Positions 1 through 13,666 of a stretch of 64,000 nucleotides of DNA are shown one piece after another. The DNA comes from Cirrosporium novae-zelandiae. Its lineage: Eukaryota. A program made the translations under genes and the position numbers. Within the stretch, counting starts at the first letter, position 1. The number at the start of each line of letters is the position of its first letter. The DNA lies in assembly GCA_026023565.1 (NCBI GenBank), contig JAPETS010000036.1, forward strand, positions 62,001 to 126,000, written 5' to 3'. The notes below the pieces were generated by a model. The model was not told the DNA's origin. It was given only the letters and a program-made list of their open reading frames with translations, and searched no databases.

Positions 1-102
1 TTCGGGGAACTGCAAGAGGTGAAGTTGGTACTGAGTTTGTGGGTTGAGAAAAACTGGATATTCGGCGATGACTGGATCATCATCGGAGTTATCTGAGGCC
101 AT
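1..102 (-). CDS. RPC37: RNA polymerase III subunit C37 (Rpc37/POLR3E, Sin-like), 5' end only; runs off the window
   Basis: ATG at 102 on the minus strand gives MASDNSDDDPVIAEYPVFLNPQTQYQLHLLQFPE, matching the DDPV..Y.V.L...L.LLQ[YF]P N-terminus of Rpc37. Only 34 codons are visible. Confidence 0.65.
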   Translation of the reverse strand, partial: MASDNSDDDPVIAEYPVFLNPQTQYQLHLLQFPE

Positions 103-1340
103 TTTGGTTTAATCTCGATAGCAGATAATTACTGAATAGTGAAGGCAACAGACGGGGTGAAAATAATAGATTGCAGTTTAAATAAAGACAAGAAGAGAGC
201 AACTACCCAATGTTCGCTGGAGAGAGAGCTCTTCCGCAGTACCTTACCAAGCAGGTAGCTAATTAGACGAAAGATCTAAGGTTAGATAAGATAACAACTT
301 CATCGTCATCAATTAAAAGACTCGGATCACTAAAAGGAACCAACTCTTCAGACTTTGATTGCTGTTGTTCCAGAGTTCCAGTAGGGGGGGCTTGGTGGCG
401 TGTACAAAACACAGACAAAGAAATTAACGAATCAAGACAATTCCAATTATCGAGGGTTTCCTAGACATCCCATGGCTTGGATAGCTTTGGATAACCCTTG
501 GACATGATAATTCTTTGTTGGTCCTCCGGAATTTGAATTAAATTCTCCCACCGGAAGGAGGAATTGTAAATACCTGGGTACTTTCAAAGTAATAATACTA
601 TTAATACATAAATACACTGTACTGGAGGGTAACAAAACTACCTCTCCCACCTCTCCCACCTTTTCTCTCCCACATCTCTTTCCATCGGTGAATGTCAAGG
701 GGGGAGGATGATCAATATCACTGAGATGGCTTTAATTTCCCTCCCCCAATCATTCCAGCCACAAGCCTTCAAAAAAAAAAGAGATACAAAATGACGTGGG
801 GCAAAACCAAATCAAATCAAGGGTCAGGGTCAGCGATCATGTAACGTCGCGATTACTTACATGCAAACAGGTGCAGGCACGCGGGTTACCCAACAGCAGC
901 AGCAGCAAGGTGTAGGTGGTTGAACTTTGGCCCTGCAGGGTACCAATGTTAAAAAAAATAAATAACTCTCAATGGTTATTCAATGTTGAATCAATTCTCC
1001 CTCATCCTTCCTCCTGTAACGTTGGTAGAATCTTTCGTAACCCTAAGGGAAAGAGCAACGTACCACCGGACAAAAAGACTCTTATGATACTTGTCGTGTC
1101 GTGTCGTGTACTGTGTAATTAACACGAGGCAAACGGGAGATGCTTCAATTTCAGGCTAATCATAAAGAGGCCTCTTTCTTCCAAACATTCTTAATCCATC
1201 CATCTCCCGCAGTGTCCACTCTTTTAAATTCAAACCGTTAGGACGCCATTACACCCTCATCAACAGAGGCGACGCGCAAACTCAAAACATTTTAAAGAAC
1301 TTATCGAACCTCCCCAACCATCTCCCCCAATCTCCCAAAC

Positions 1341-2704
<1,364 letters not shown>

Positions 2705-3234
2705 GGTGATCGTTGGGTTATGCGACAGCACGATTTTACAGTCCATGGTGCTTGATGATTTCATGAAAGCTGAGAATTTGTGGCCCTTAGGTCGATCAGC
2801 TACACAGCGGGTACCCTTTAGCATTACATGGTGTATTGTTTTGATGCGTTTCCATGGAGGCTAGAAGATGATTCAGGACAGGACAATGGGAGGAGCAAGG
2901 TACTATATCCAATGGGGTTATGTTTTCATTTCAAACCAAAAAGAGCATTAGATCAGGTGGCTGGAAGATCCATCTTAGGGGTGCAATGATAGAAATTTTT
3001 TCAATTAATCCAAAGCATGCTCGTGAGAGCTGTGCGATCTTTCAACTCATTATACAACTGCCATTCTCCAATTAATCGTCGTTGTCGTGTTCTCGGGTAT
3101 AATTCTCCAGTATCTTTCATTTGTAGGCTATATTCCAATAATATTGCATACCAAGACCAAGGCAAGAAATGGGTTTCTTGAGCCATCCAACTGCAGGTGT
3201 TCCTCCGTCTGCCACGCAATTCGGCACCCTTTAA

Positions 3235-3705
3235 TCATTTTTGAACCTTGTTATCTCCCCTAATAGCCTGGTCATAGCTTGGTGGCACTCCCTGACTTGG
3301 ACCCTCATTACTCTGATTTGCTACTTGATCGATACTGCCGTAATTTTGTTGTGGCATGGGTGGATGCTGTGGAGGTTGTTGTTCTTGGTGACTGGGTACT
3401 CGGTTCACGTAGTAGTACGTAACTCTGCCTTCCTCTGAATCTTGGGGAACAGTGTCGTAATCGTAATCACTTTCAGGATAACGAGCGATGATATACCACG
3501 AATGGATTAATCCAGGCAAAAAACCAAGGCAGCAGAGGGCGATATTAATGAGAGAGTCTGCACTGCATATGCCTCGTTTAACCCATACTGCGAAGTGGGA
3601 AGATGTTAGGTGGGTGTTTAGTCATGTGGAGGGATGTCAAGACGTACCTGCGATGGGAGGGAAGAGGATGGCAAGAAGACCAAGGAATATATCAGAGCCA
3701 CACAT
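3235..3705 (-). CDS. PMP3/UPF0057 family plasma-membrane proteolipid (Sna/Ric1-like) with a C-terminal PPSY motif
   Basis: MCGSDIFLGLLAILFPPIA, then intron 3588-3647, then VWVKRGICSADSLINIALCCLGFLPGLIHSWYII. The C-terminal PPSY is a PY motif. Confidence 0.88.
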
Positions 3706-5186
3706 TGTTAGGGAATAATAATAGTGAACTTGGTATGAAAGGTATCGATTCTTTTTATCCAAGATTGAAGAGGACCAAGAGTGAAATGGAGTAGTAAAGT
3801 ATGGAATGATTGCTGCTGCCTCAGCTCGTACTTTGAATGGCATATGACGAATTTAGATCCTGGGACAGTGATTGTGGCGCTGTGGCGCAGGGTACAATCA
3901 GATGGTAATTGGTGACTTTGATACTTGTATGGATACATTCCAAAACCTTAGGCACCTACGGCCCCCAACACGCCAGACAAATACCAACACGTGACCAGAC
4001 AAGAGGATCAAACCCCGACTTGCCGGCGGGTCCACCATCACTTTGTGGTTTGGCCTTTCCTTGTTCAACAAAACAAAGATATTCAACCCTCGAGAAATTC
4101 GAAGTAACCATGTTATCCTATCAGCTCCTGCATTCGGATACCATTTCTCTATAATTTTGTATACGTTCCTTCTTCCCCATTGTCACTTAGATAACGGGAA
4201 GCACCCAATGCCTCATTGTACTGTACCACTTACCACTTGTTTTCGCGACTACATCAAACAACAGTAATTTTATATCGAGAGTTCGAGTAACGTATACGAG
4301 GACCTTCGCGCGGCATGTGCGCATGGGGAAGACGATCCAATCAGTCTCGGTGACCTTTTATCACAATCAATTTCTTTTCAAAACGCGCATCCCATATTGG
4401 CAACTACGGAACAACTTTTTGTCGCGGGACCAACACAGAGCTTGCCAACTCACACGTTCGCTTCCTTAAACTAAGTTCATTTTTCACATTCGACGCGACT
4501 TGAAGCAGCTGGTTAAAGTTGAAAACATTACGGCATCTGAAGAATACTGAAATCATCGAATAAGACCAGGATCGCAAAACCCCAACATCGGTTATTAGTA
4601 CCACCAAAAATAAAAGCGGTGAATATTTAAGAGTCATTAGCAGTTTGGAGTTTGGGATCTTATCGGCTTATATCAAGAACTCGTTAATTCTAATTGCATA
4701 ATTACACCAAAAGACCTACCAAACTGGACTTCAAGATTGCAAAAGTTGCCGCGAAAAATAAATACTGTGATATTAAAGCGCTTGGTTGCGACAGAGACTG
4801 GCAGTGATATTGGAAGATTGGATACTGTTCATTGACTGTGGATTATTGCTGCACCATAAAGTTGTCGTCGACCAAGCGGGCGAGGGAGCATAACAGGAAA
4901 CCCAGGCACTCATTTTCAGAATTCCGGCTCTCTTCTCATAACTTTGGTCTGCATTGCTCTTTCAAGCTATCCGATCTCAAGCTTCAAGTCCTGGCGGTGG
5001 TATCACTTATCCCAAGATATCTTGTCGCCACTTATCTTCTTACCTCTAGTTATAATTTCCGTCCAAGTCCTGGTGATTGAGATGAAGTGGGCTTTATAAC
5101 CGCCACGTAGGTCAATTCATCTCTAACTATAACTATCAACAACTAACCCCCACCAAGATATCAATACTTTTGAAATTACCGCTGGG

Positions 5187-6767
5187 ATGCCTAGCATACC
5201 TACACCTTTGCGCCGCTCGGCGCGGCTCAGTCGCGGTTCCTCTCCTGTGTCTGTTGAATCCGATGACACTCATACCAGTCGAACAGGCAATCGTCGCCGT
5301 AGTCGATTGACCGAAAGCACGTCACTTCCAAATAAGCCGCAAGTTCCGGGTCGACTTTCTAATGCATACGGCGCGAAGGGTACCCCGGCGATGCCACCTC
5401 GGATGGTTGCTAATACGGGGCGTTCAGCAGCGGATGTTTTACAAGCAGGTATCAATCAGAGCAATCGGAATGTTCCTAGCGACCAGGGAGATGGTAAAGA
5501 TGAAGAGGAACTCCCAGATGTCCCAGAAATAGGCGACAATGACGACAACACAGGGTTTATGAATGACATGAACGAGGATAATGACACAGCTGGCCTATCC
5601 AAGAGCTTTGTCCACGAAAGTGGCCTTAATCATGATGCAAATATTGAGTTTGTTGGAGGCGATCAACGGGCTCCTAAAGAGTCAATTCTCCATATCCTAA
5701 TGCAAACAATTCTGGAGTTCTTCGATGCAGTTTTCAGCAGTATTAGCCATGGTCTAAGAGCCACTGGAAATAGCGTTGGAATCTTCCTAAAGACTTTAAT
5801 TTCTATGGCGCCAATATTGATATCTGTAGCCCTTGCCGTATGGGCAGTGGCTAGCGTGCAGTACTCTCTTCGTCAATCGACGACTAATCTACCATATAAC
5901 ATCTCCACAACTGTCATCACTTCCTCATTCAAGCAACCTTTCCGCATCATCGGCGATATGTTCCAACGTACTCCTACAAATACAACATCGTCAACCGAAC
6001 TGCGAACCATGCAAACCATGCAACGCCAAATGAGGCATCTTGCTGGTCGCATGGATTCGCTTGAATATGAAATAAAAAAGCGAGGCGTCGAAATACCCGA
6101 CGTTCCCTATCGTCGAGTCAACTTCTTTTCCACTGGCTTCGGCGCAGTAGTTGACCCACATTTAACCTCCTCTACAAAACGAAAACCATCGACGAAAGCA
6201 GACAAAGTCCTCAAGTGGTGGTACAGCAATCGAGAGGCAATGCCTCCTCTCGCTGCACTTGAAGAATGGGATGACATCGGCGACTGCTGGTGCTCCCCCG
6301 CCAAAGACGGAAAAGTCCAGATTGCCATTCTCCTCCCCCGTTTAATATACCCCGAAGAACTCATCTTCGAACACATGCCCAGCACCGCCACCCCAGATCC
6401 AGAAGCAGCACCCCAAGACATTGAGCTCTGGGCCGAGCTCCACAAACCCATCACGAAAAGAAACCCAGTCGAAGGCCTCCCCGATAGTTACGAGAAGCTA
6501 GGTGCCTGGAAATATGACATCCACAGCTCCAACAATATTCAATCCTTCCACATGGATATCCTGGACCTCAAGAATCATGACTCCCCCACAAACAAGGTCA
6601 TCGTCAGGGTGCCATCGAACTGGGGAAATCTGCACTTCACGTGTATTTACCGCATGAAGCTCTACGGCGAGCCCGCCGTGCCGCTCTCGGCCGTCGGGGA
6701 GATGGGTGGAATAGCTGAAGAGGGATACGAGCGGGAGAGATCTGCTGGGATAAGATACGGAGTTTAA
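5187..6767 (+). CDS. SUN-domain (Sad1/UNC-84) nuclear envelope protein
   Basis: 526-aa ORF with a disordered N-terminus, one hydrophobic TM segment (ILISVALAVWAVA), a short coiled coil, and a SUN domain (VNFFS.GFGAVVDP, GDCWC, IFEH, APQDIELW, NWGN..FTCIYR.KLYG). Confidence 0.85.
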   Translation: MPSIPTPLRRSARLSRGSSPVSVESDDTHTSRTGNRRRSRLTESTSLPNKPQVPGRLSNAYGAKGTPAMPPRMVANTGRSAADVLQAGINQSNRNVPSDQGDGKDEEELPDVPEIGDNDDNTGFMNDMNEDNDTAGLSKSFVHESGLNHDANIEFVGGDQRAPKESILHILMQTILEFFDAVFSSISHGLRATGNSVGIFLKTLISMAPILISVALAVWAVASVQYSLRQSTTNLPYNISTTVITSSFKQPFRIIGDMFQRTPTNTTSSTELRTMQTMQRQMRHLAGRMDSLEYEIKKRGVEIPDVPYRRVNFFSTGFGAVVDPHLTSSTKRKPSTKADKVLKWWYSNREAMPPLAALEEWDDIGDCWCSPAKDGKVQIAILLPRLIYPEELIFEHMPSTATPDPEAAPQDIELWAELHKPITKRNPVEGLPDSYEKLGAWKYDIHSSNNIQSFHMDILDLKNHDSPTNKVIVRVPSNWGNLHFTCIYRMKLYGEPAVPLSAVGEMGGIAEEGYERERSAGIRYGV

Positions 6768-7696
6768 GGATTATTTCCTAGGGCTTAACTACTTCTGGGA
6801 AGGGGGGGGGACACATTAGTGGGCGTTTTACAAAAGACAACGAATGGTATTTACCGTCTTGCTATTATTGGTCTTATTTTTTTTGTATGGTACATATATA
6901 TTTTTCATGAACGAATGAATAGCCTGATTTGAAATCAAAAACTTTTCTTGCTCTAGCTTATTGTTATGGCTTATACTGTAAGAGTACGAGTAGTTACTGG
7001 ATACTCTTAAGAAACACTATGATGATGTAATTACTGTAGTTGTGCTAAGCTGAAGATCGGGGTCGGTTATTCCGGCTTTACCTCGTCAGTGCATTCTACT
7101 TTTAAATACAATCCCCCAAATTATACAATCCTAGCTTTCACCCTCATGCTATCATGAAAAACACCCCTCGCCATTTGTCTTGTTCTCTATTTGGCCCACC
7201 ATTTCCAGGGTAGACGCACAATAATGCCCTCGTTGCGCTTACGAGCGAGAGCATTATTCCATTTTTCCTATTAGTGCTTCACCTCTAATAGTCCGGCCCC
7301 GTTCGGATTTTCATGGATATACAAAATTATCTCGAGATCTTAGCTTGCTGTAAGCAGAGGTCGGAACTGTTCTCTTTTCCTAAATTAATTGCTTCATCGC
7401 CAAATTGTTCAGTAATCCATCTTTTAGTCGAGTCCTTCGAGCAGCGCGAATTTTAATTGGATGTTTTACGAGCAATGCCGAGGGTAGAAGCAAGTTGCGC
7501 CCTGAATTCATCATAGAAAAATGTGATTGATGACCAAGTGACCACGTCTCTATGAATAATGTCTGGTATCCTGACCTTGGATTGGGTGTATATAAGATAG
7601 CAGGATGCCCTTGGTGCTTCACTATCTTTCTTTTTGAAGACCAGATTTTGAGATCACTTCAATACTCGTTTGTTAACCCTTCTTCCAAGCTTCAGT

Positions 7697-8805
7697 ATGA
7701 TGATGCTCCATTTTTGTCTTGCTCTCCTAGCCTTATGCTTCGTTACGTGCAATTGCACAGACCTCATCCCATTCGACAATTGGAAACATCTGAGGGTGCA
7801 GCTAGAAGATGTCAGCATTCATGTGCGTTATGCTGGATCTGGACCGCCTTTGCTGCTTGTTCATGGATGGCCTCAGCATTCGGTAAGACATTCATTTCAT
7901 ATAATATCCCACTTCCTGTCATGAAAGTCTGAGACCGCTTTATATACTAAGTTTTTGGGGACCCGGGCTTACTTTTCGTCTTGTCACAGCTTACTTGGCA
8001 TACTATTGGTCCCATTCTAGCCCAGAATTACACTGTCATTGCCGCTGACAATCGTGGATGCGGTGATTCTTCCATTCCAGCGAATAATGATTACACGGCA
8101 AGCACAGCTGCCGAGGATCTAAAAGGCGTTATCGATTTTCTCAATATCAACCAAACTTATGTTTTATCCCATGACAAGGGCGTGGGTGTAGCCGCTGCTT
8201 TCGCCACCAAATATTCATCCACAGTCAAACGTATCACATTCATCGAATATCCTCTCCCTGGATTCGGATATGAGTGGGTCCAAACACCAACGGCAGACTG
8301 GGATTTGTATTCAAACTGGCAACTCGCATTCTTCCAGGTCCCCGATGCCGCTGAATTTTTCATATCTGGCAAAGAAAAACAAATGCTCGCATGGTATTTT
8401 TTCCATTCCTCGTACTCTGGCAATGCCGCTATTTCCGAGGATCATCTCAATCAATATACTACCTCCATCTCGAAGCCTGGATTTCTCCGCAGTGGTCTCG
8501 GTTATTTTGGTGCTTCTTTCAAGGATGAAGCATTTTTCAACTCCACGATCAAGCAAACCCCCCTTAGTATGCCCGTGTTAGCCTTAGGAGGTGAAGCAAG
8601 TTTCTCTCCTCTTTCCTTGCTACGATCTACCTTTGCAGATGTTGGAACAAATGTTACTGCAGACCTTATTCCTAAAGCTGGACATTGGATTGGTGACGAG
8701 AATCCAAAATGGACAGCGCAGAGGGTAGCGAAATTCCTGGCACAGGATAGTGGCATCCCTATTGTGAGTTTGGACTATTTAGACGAGTTAGTCACGTTGG
8801 GGTAG
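7697..8805 (+). CDS. Alpha/beta-hydrolase of the epoxide hydrolase/haloacetate dehalogenase type, with a predicted signal peptide
   Basis: Exon 1 reads MMMLHFCLALLALCFVTCNC...GSGPPLLLVHGWPQHS. After intron 7883-7989 come DNRGCGDS, the nucleophile elbow SHDKG, and catalytic His in AGHW. Confidence 0.88.
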
Positions 8806-9846
8806 AAGAGAAAGGGGGGTTTGAGGCACGAGGATAAGAGAATGGAGCCAGTAAAGCTCCTAGTAAAAGGAAACGCAAGGAAAAGATGGGAGTGAAGTAT
8901 GGGATAAACTAAGCACTTCATTGTTTTGGAGACCACATACTGTACAACATCATAGAAAATTGCATAATTGTATATCTTCAACTCTACTATCTTTTACCAA
9001 ACTCTAAACTGGAGGTATGGTTCCATAATCAGACGTGGATTCAGCTAGTAGGTCCGTCCAGATCAAGGGTCTTCATCGTTATTGACAATATATTGCCTAG
9101 GAAAAGGGCTTGATATGGAAATGCCTAAGCGACAGCAGAACTATAAGAACTATAAGAACCAAGGCATGTGTGCTTCTCCACACATATAGAAGAATTCCAG
9201 ACCAGGCACGGAGCTATTAGAGGATAGAGATAGGATACTGGCATTATATGCCACATATTCCTATTCCCGTAAGCAGTGCCAGATAGACAATATATTCAGC
9301 TTAGGATTTAACATTTGAGACAATAAGGTAAAGCCTAGAGCGACATACTCATGTGGTTGGCGCGTACTGGGGTGTCTCATTCCTATCTTCCCAAACCGTT
9401 CAAATTTCGCAGATAGTGCCATTAATAATTGATCATACTCAGCAGCAGTCATCTTGGCACATCAGGAGCTCCAAGTAATCGCTAAAGTCAATTCTTTTTC
9501 CGGAAAGCCGAAAGATTGATATTGAACGTCCCATTACCTAGTCTTCGAGAGGACAGGCTTTATGCAGAAGTTCATGCCAAGCCCATTATTTCCCCATGTT
9601 CTGGACCAATTTTTAGATGGCAGTGCGGGAACGTTATCAAGACGATGTCTTGGGCCTTTGGGGTTGAATGGATGTAAGGATATTTTGAATCCACTGCTGT
9701 TCAATGACCATTTACCATTTTCAGTCAATCAGACCATAAGATTGCAAGGATTGGAGCGGCATGACACATATAGATCAAAAGGTGAAATACATAACAGTTT
9801 AGAACCAGGCCTTGGTTTAAGGTACCTCTTCACATCAAGAAAAACC

Positions 9847-12096
9847 ATGGGACCAATATCTCCAGAAACAAATCCGTGGGACTCCCCTATTGATTCATGT
9901 CGACCAATAAAGGTGATCTGTATCGGCGCTGGCATTTCTGGAATTTTGGCGGGAATCCGATTTCCTCAGAGAATAAAGAACCTTGACTTCACCATTTATG
10001 AAAAAAATATAGATGTTGGGGGAACTTGGTTCGAAAATCGGTGTGGAGCGTTTTCCTATCCCTCTTAGGTGAACTGTCTGTCAAGCCAGCACTAACGGGT
10101 AGAAAACATCCAGTTATCCCGGTCTTGGTCCCGACTTTTCCTGTCACGCCTATCAGTATACCTTTGCTAGCAATCCGAACTGGTCTCGGTTTTATCCTCC
10201 AGGCAAGGAAATCCAAGAGTATCTGCAAGGCGTGGCAAGAAAGTACAATGTTAAGAAATACATTCGATTTGCACATTTGTTCAAGAGTGCAGAATGGCTT
10301 GAAGAATCGGGGAAGTGGGAAATTACCCTTGAGCGACTGTGTGACAAAGAAGTCTGTCATCTCTCATCTATCTGTTCCATTTTATATGTTTCTATGGGCA
10401 AAGGCAATCGCTTAATGCTGTTCCGTTTTATTGCAGGTAATCAAAGACCATGCAGATGTGCTTTTAAAGGCAACCGGTCTCCTTAACACCTGGCACTGGC
10501 CTGACATCTCAGGTCTTCATGATTTCAAGGGGAAGCTTCTCCATTCAGCGGATTGGGATGAATCGTACAACCCGAACAATGGAACCGTAGCCGTGATTGG
10601 CTATGGACCTAGCGGCATGCAGATAATTCCCGCTCTTCAGCCCTTGGTCAAGTCGATGCAGTGCTATGTGCGAGGGAAATCATGGATCGCTCAATACGGT
10701 CCGGGGGCAGATGAACTCAAGGAAAGGGGAGGTGGGGACAATTGTGAGTGGCATTAGAACATTCATATCCTGGCATGAGATCCTAATAGCGCCGGGCAAT
10801 ATAGTCGAACACTCCATTGAAGAAATACGGCAGTTCAATGAAAATCCAGAGACATATCTTCAATTTAGACACAAGGTTGAAGGTGCTCTCAACAAAGCGC
10901 AGTTCGTAACATTCCGCGGAACGGAAGCGAACAAGGCTTTCTCAGAGGCCACCGACAAATGGATGAAAGATGCACTTGTGAAAAGGCCAGATATTTATGA
11001 AAGCTTAAAGCCAGACTATCCTGTCGCATGCCGTCGTCTTTTCCCTGGTTCTCGCTTCCTCGAGGCACTAATACGGGACAATGTGGAATTCATCCCCAAG
11101 GAAATCAAGCATATCACGACAACAGGAATTGAAGACGAAGATGGAGTATTCCGAAAAGCCGACACTATAATATGCGCAACAGGATTTGACCCGTTAGCTT
11201 CTCCATCCATCCACCCAAGCAAGCAAATACAGTCTGTATCCCCAATTAAAACGAATTCGCTAACTTTTATATCCCTCTTGAAAAAGGCCACTAAACGCCA
11301 ATGAAAGCCCTATAATCGGAAAAGGAGGAACCACTCTTAGCCAAATATGGGACCCATCACCCTCAGCCTATCTTTCCATGTGTCCCGAAAAGATGCCAAA
11401 TTTCTACATCTTCCTAGGACCGAACTCGGTTCCGAGCGCGGGCTCAACCATTTACATGATCGAATCCTACTGCGAGTACATGATAAAATGTGTCCAAAAG
11501 CTCCAGAGAGAACGGCTGAAATCCATGACAATTTCGTAAGTTTTTTTTTTTTTGATGTCGGAAAGAAAAGATCAAAAAAGAGAGAGAGAGAAGGGAAATA
11601 CTGAGACTAAGCCCTGCTTACGCACATATATATATATAGCGCCAAAGCAAACGCCGCTTGGATAAAACAAGTCGACCGTTATTTCTCCAGAACCGCCTTC
11701 ACATACGCAGTAGGCACCTCCCCCTTCCCCCACCCCAAATTTCCCTTCCCTTCCTTTCCCTCCTCAACCCCCCAACAAAAACTAAACAAACAGTGCAAAT
11801 CCTGGGCCAAATCCTACAGCCCCATGGGCCGCGTCATAGCAGTCTGGCCAGGCTCATCCGTCCACGCACGCTTCGCAATGGACTCGCCACGGTGGGAGGA
11901 TTTTGAATATGAATACCTGGATGCAGGGGCGGGTGGGAGGGAGGGGGAGGGGGAGGGGGATAGCTGCTTGTTGGCGTGGATGGGAAATGGAATGACGAGG
12001 GCGCAGGAATGTGGGGGGAGAACGACTGGGTATTTGGATTTGGATGAGGTGGATGTTCCGCTGCCGGTTATGGGGACAGGGCTAGAAATAGACTAG
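9847..12096 (+). CDS. FAD-dependent Baeyer-Villiger-type monooxygenase (StcW/MoxY-like)
   Basis: Splicing six introns by eye keeps the frame open. Motifs: GAGISG Rossmann, GGTWFENRYPGxxxD, BVMO fingerprint FKGKLLHSADW, second Rossmann GYGPSG, ATGF, and C-terminal CKSW..WPGS..PRWEDF. Confidence 0.9.
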
Positions 12097-12228
12097 ACCA
12101 AATAGACGGTCTGACGTAGACCGACCAGACCGACCAGGCCGACCAGAACGAGCCTCTCCGTCTGTAGACCGACCAGACAGAGGACCTTGGTCTAGTCGAT
12201 CTAATTAATTAGTCTATTCCCAACCCTA
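12077..12228. mobile_element. 152-bp non-autonomous hAT-like MITE
   Basis: The left end CAGGGCTAGAAATAGACTA matches the reverse complement of the right end, TAGGGTTGGGAATAGACTA, at 15/19 (all mismatches are transitions). Flanks TATGGGGA and TCTGGGGG match at 6/8. There are internal AGACCGACC repeats and an inner 11-bp inverted repeat (12091-12101 / 12187-12197). Confidence 0.65.
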
Positions 12229-13666
12229 TCTGGGGGAGGAGGAGAGGTGAGGAGGAGGTAAAGTGAAGTGAAGTAGAGTGAAGTAGAGTAAGGTCGAGAG
12301 GGGCTATGGCTAATAGCTATAGTTATAAGTGCTCTAGGGTCTAACCTAATAGGGAGCCGTAACAGAAATTCTTTCGTTTAAAAGATTTTTTTATATTTTT
12401 TTATATTTTTGTGGTCTGGGGTTTGTGGTTTTGACAGAGGAGGATCCTGGTTAGACTAATCTACTATCTCTTAAAAATAGACCATTATATTCTTGTTAGG
12501 TGCGGAGTTATAACTTCCAATAATTAGCCTATATCATATCAAATACAAATTAGACTCGGAAGTGTGATCGCTGATATTCACTCCCAAGAAGCTCAATCAA
12601 CGAATGCAAGCATCGCACAACAGTGGTTCTGCAAGCAGCCCAGGTAAATTCCGTGCGAGAGGTGCAACTTCAGTAAGGGCTTTTGACTGAGTAACAAAGC
12701 GTCCAAGGCAAAAAGGCTAAAGCAAGTTACTAAACAAACACCAAAACTTAAAAGAACCTCCACAAGATAGCTAACAATTATTCACTTGGTCAATTTCATG
12801 TAACCTACCCCATTAACTCTTCAGGCCGAACTTTAGGGAGCATAGCATAAAGGTCAAAACATTCCTTTTTGATGCTGATACCACAATAGCCGAACCTGAG
12901 GTTATGAATAGCTTGATAGAGATGTAGATTGCATGAAACTGACTGAGCAGATATTCCAATTCACTATACATAATTTCATTCAAGATTGTGCCGTCGCTCC
13001 TCTTCCCAACGTAGTCAAAAGAGATCTGACATCTCCAAAAAAAGCAAGTTGACTGATCAAGCTTCTGGCTACGTTGAAAAGGAAGGTGGCAGTGCCATCG
13101 TGAGTAAGACCATGTATAGTGGATTGGATGTTGTGAGAGTCGTTAAGAATGCCATGTCCACTTAACCTTCTCGTTGGTTGCGTGAATCATAAATTCCGGA
13201 TTACCGATAGACAATCCGTATACAGTTAAGCATCGAGAAGTGCTTGCCGTGCTATTCAATGAGGGGGCGTAGAAAGGGGGAGGGGGTTATGAACAGATCA
13301 GTGTAAGTTAGAGACATGCGAGGTATCTGCCAGTGTAGTTTGAGCCGTTTGCGATAAGGATATATGGCTATACTCCACTAAGAGGAGAGGGGGCTATTGC
13401 GTTCGTAGGTCCTAAATGCTAATATATCATTTTTTACCTTACCGTTAGCCGTAACAAAAACAATTCCTTCGAAGTCTTCGTTTTTTCGTGATTCGGTGTA
13501 ATATCGTTTGAATAGTACCAATAACGATCGTTTTTATTTTGGAGGTGTAATGCTTCCTTGACTCAGGTTTCTCGACTTCCTTTTTTCAATGTTGACGATT
13601 TTGCAGACAGGGTGTTGTCATCGAGTGAATAGAGAGCACATAGAGTCGGCCAGGATCATTGAACTC

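Noticed and set aside
9261..9846. Short ORFs upstream of the BVMO (63-68 aa on the minus strand, and the 5' extension of ORF 9562-10068)
   Set aside because: No recognisable motifs. BVMO homology begins only at about ATG 9847. A relic cannot be excluded without BLASTX.
12118..12176. Short direct repeats resembling a CRISPR or iteron array
   Set aside because: The 9-bp units have no unique spacers, the context is eukaryotic, and MITE subterminal repeats explain them better.
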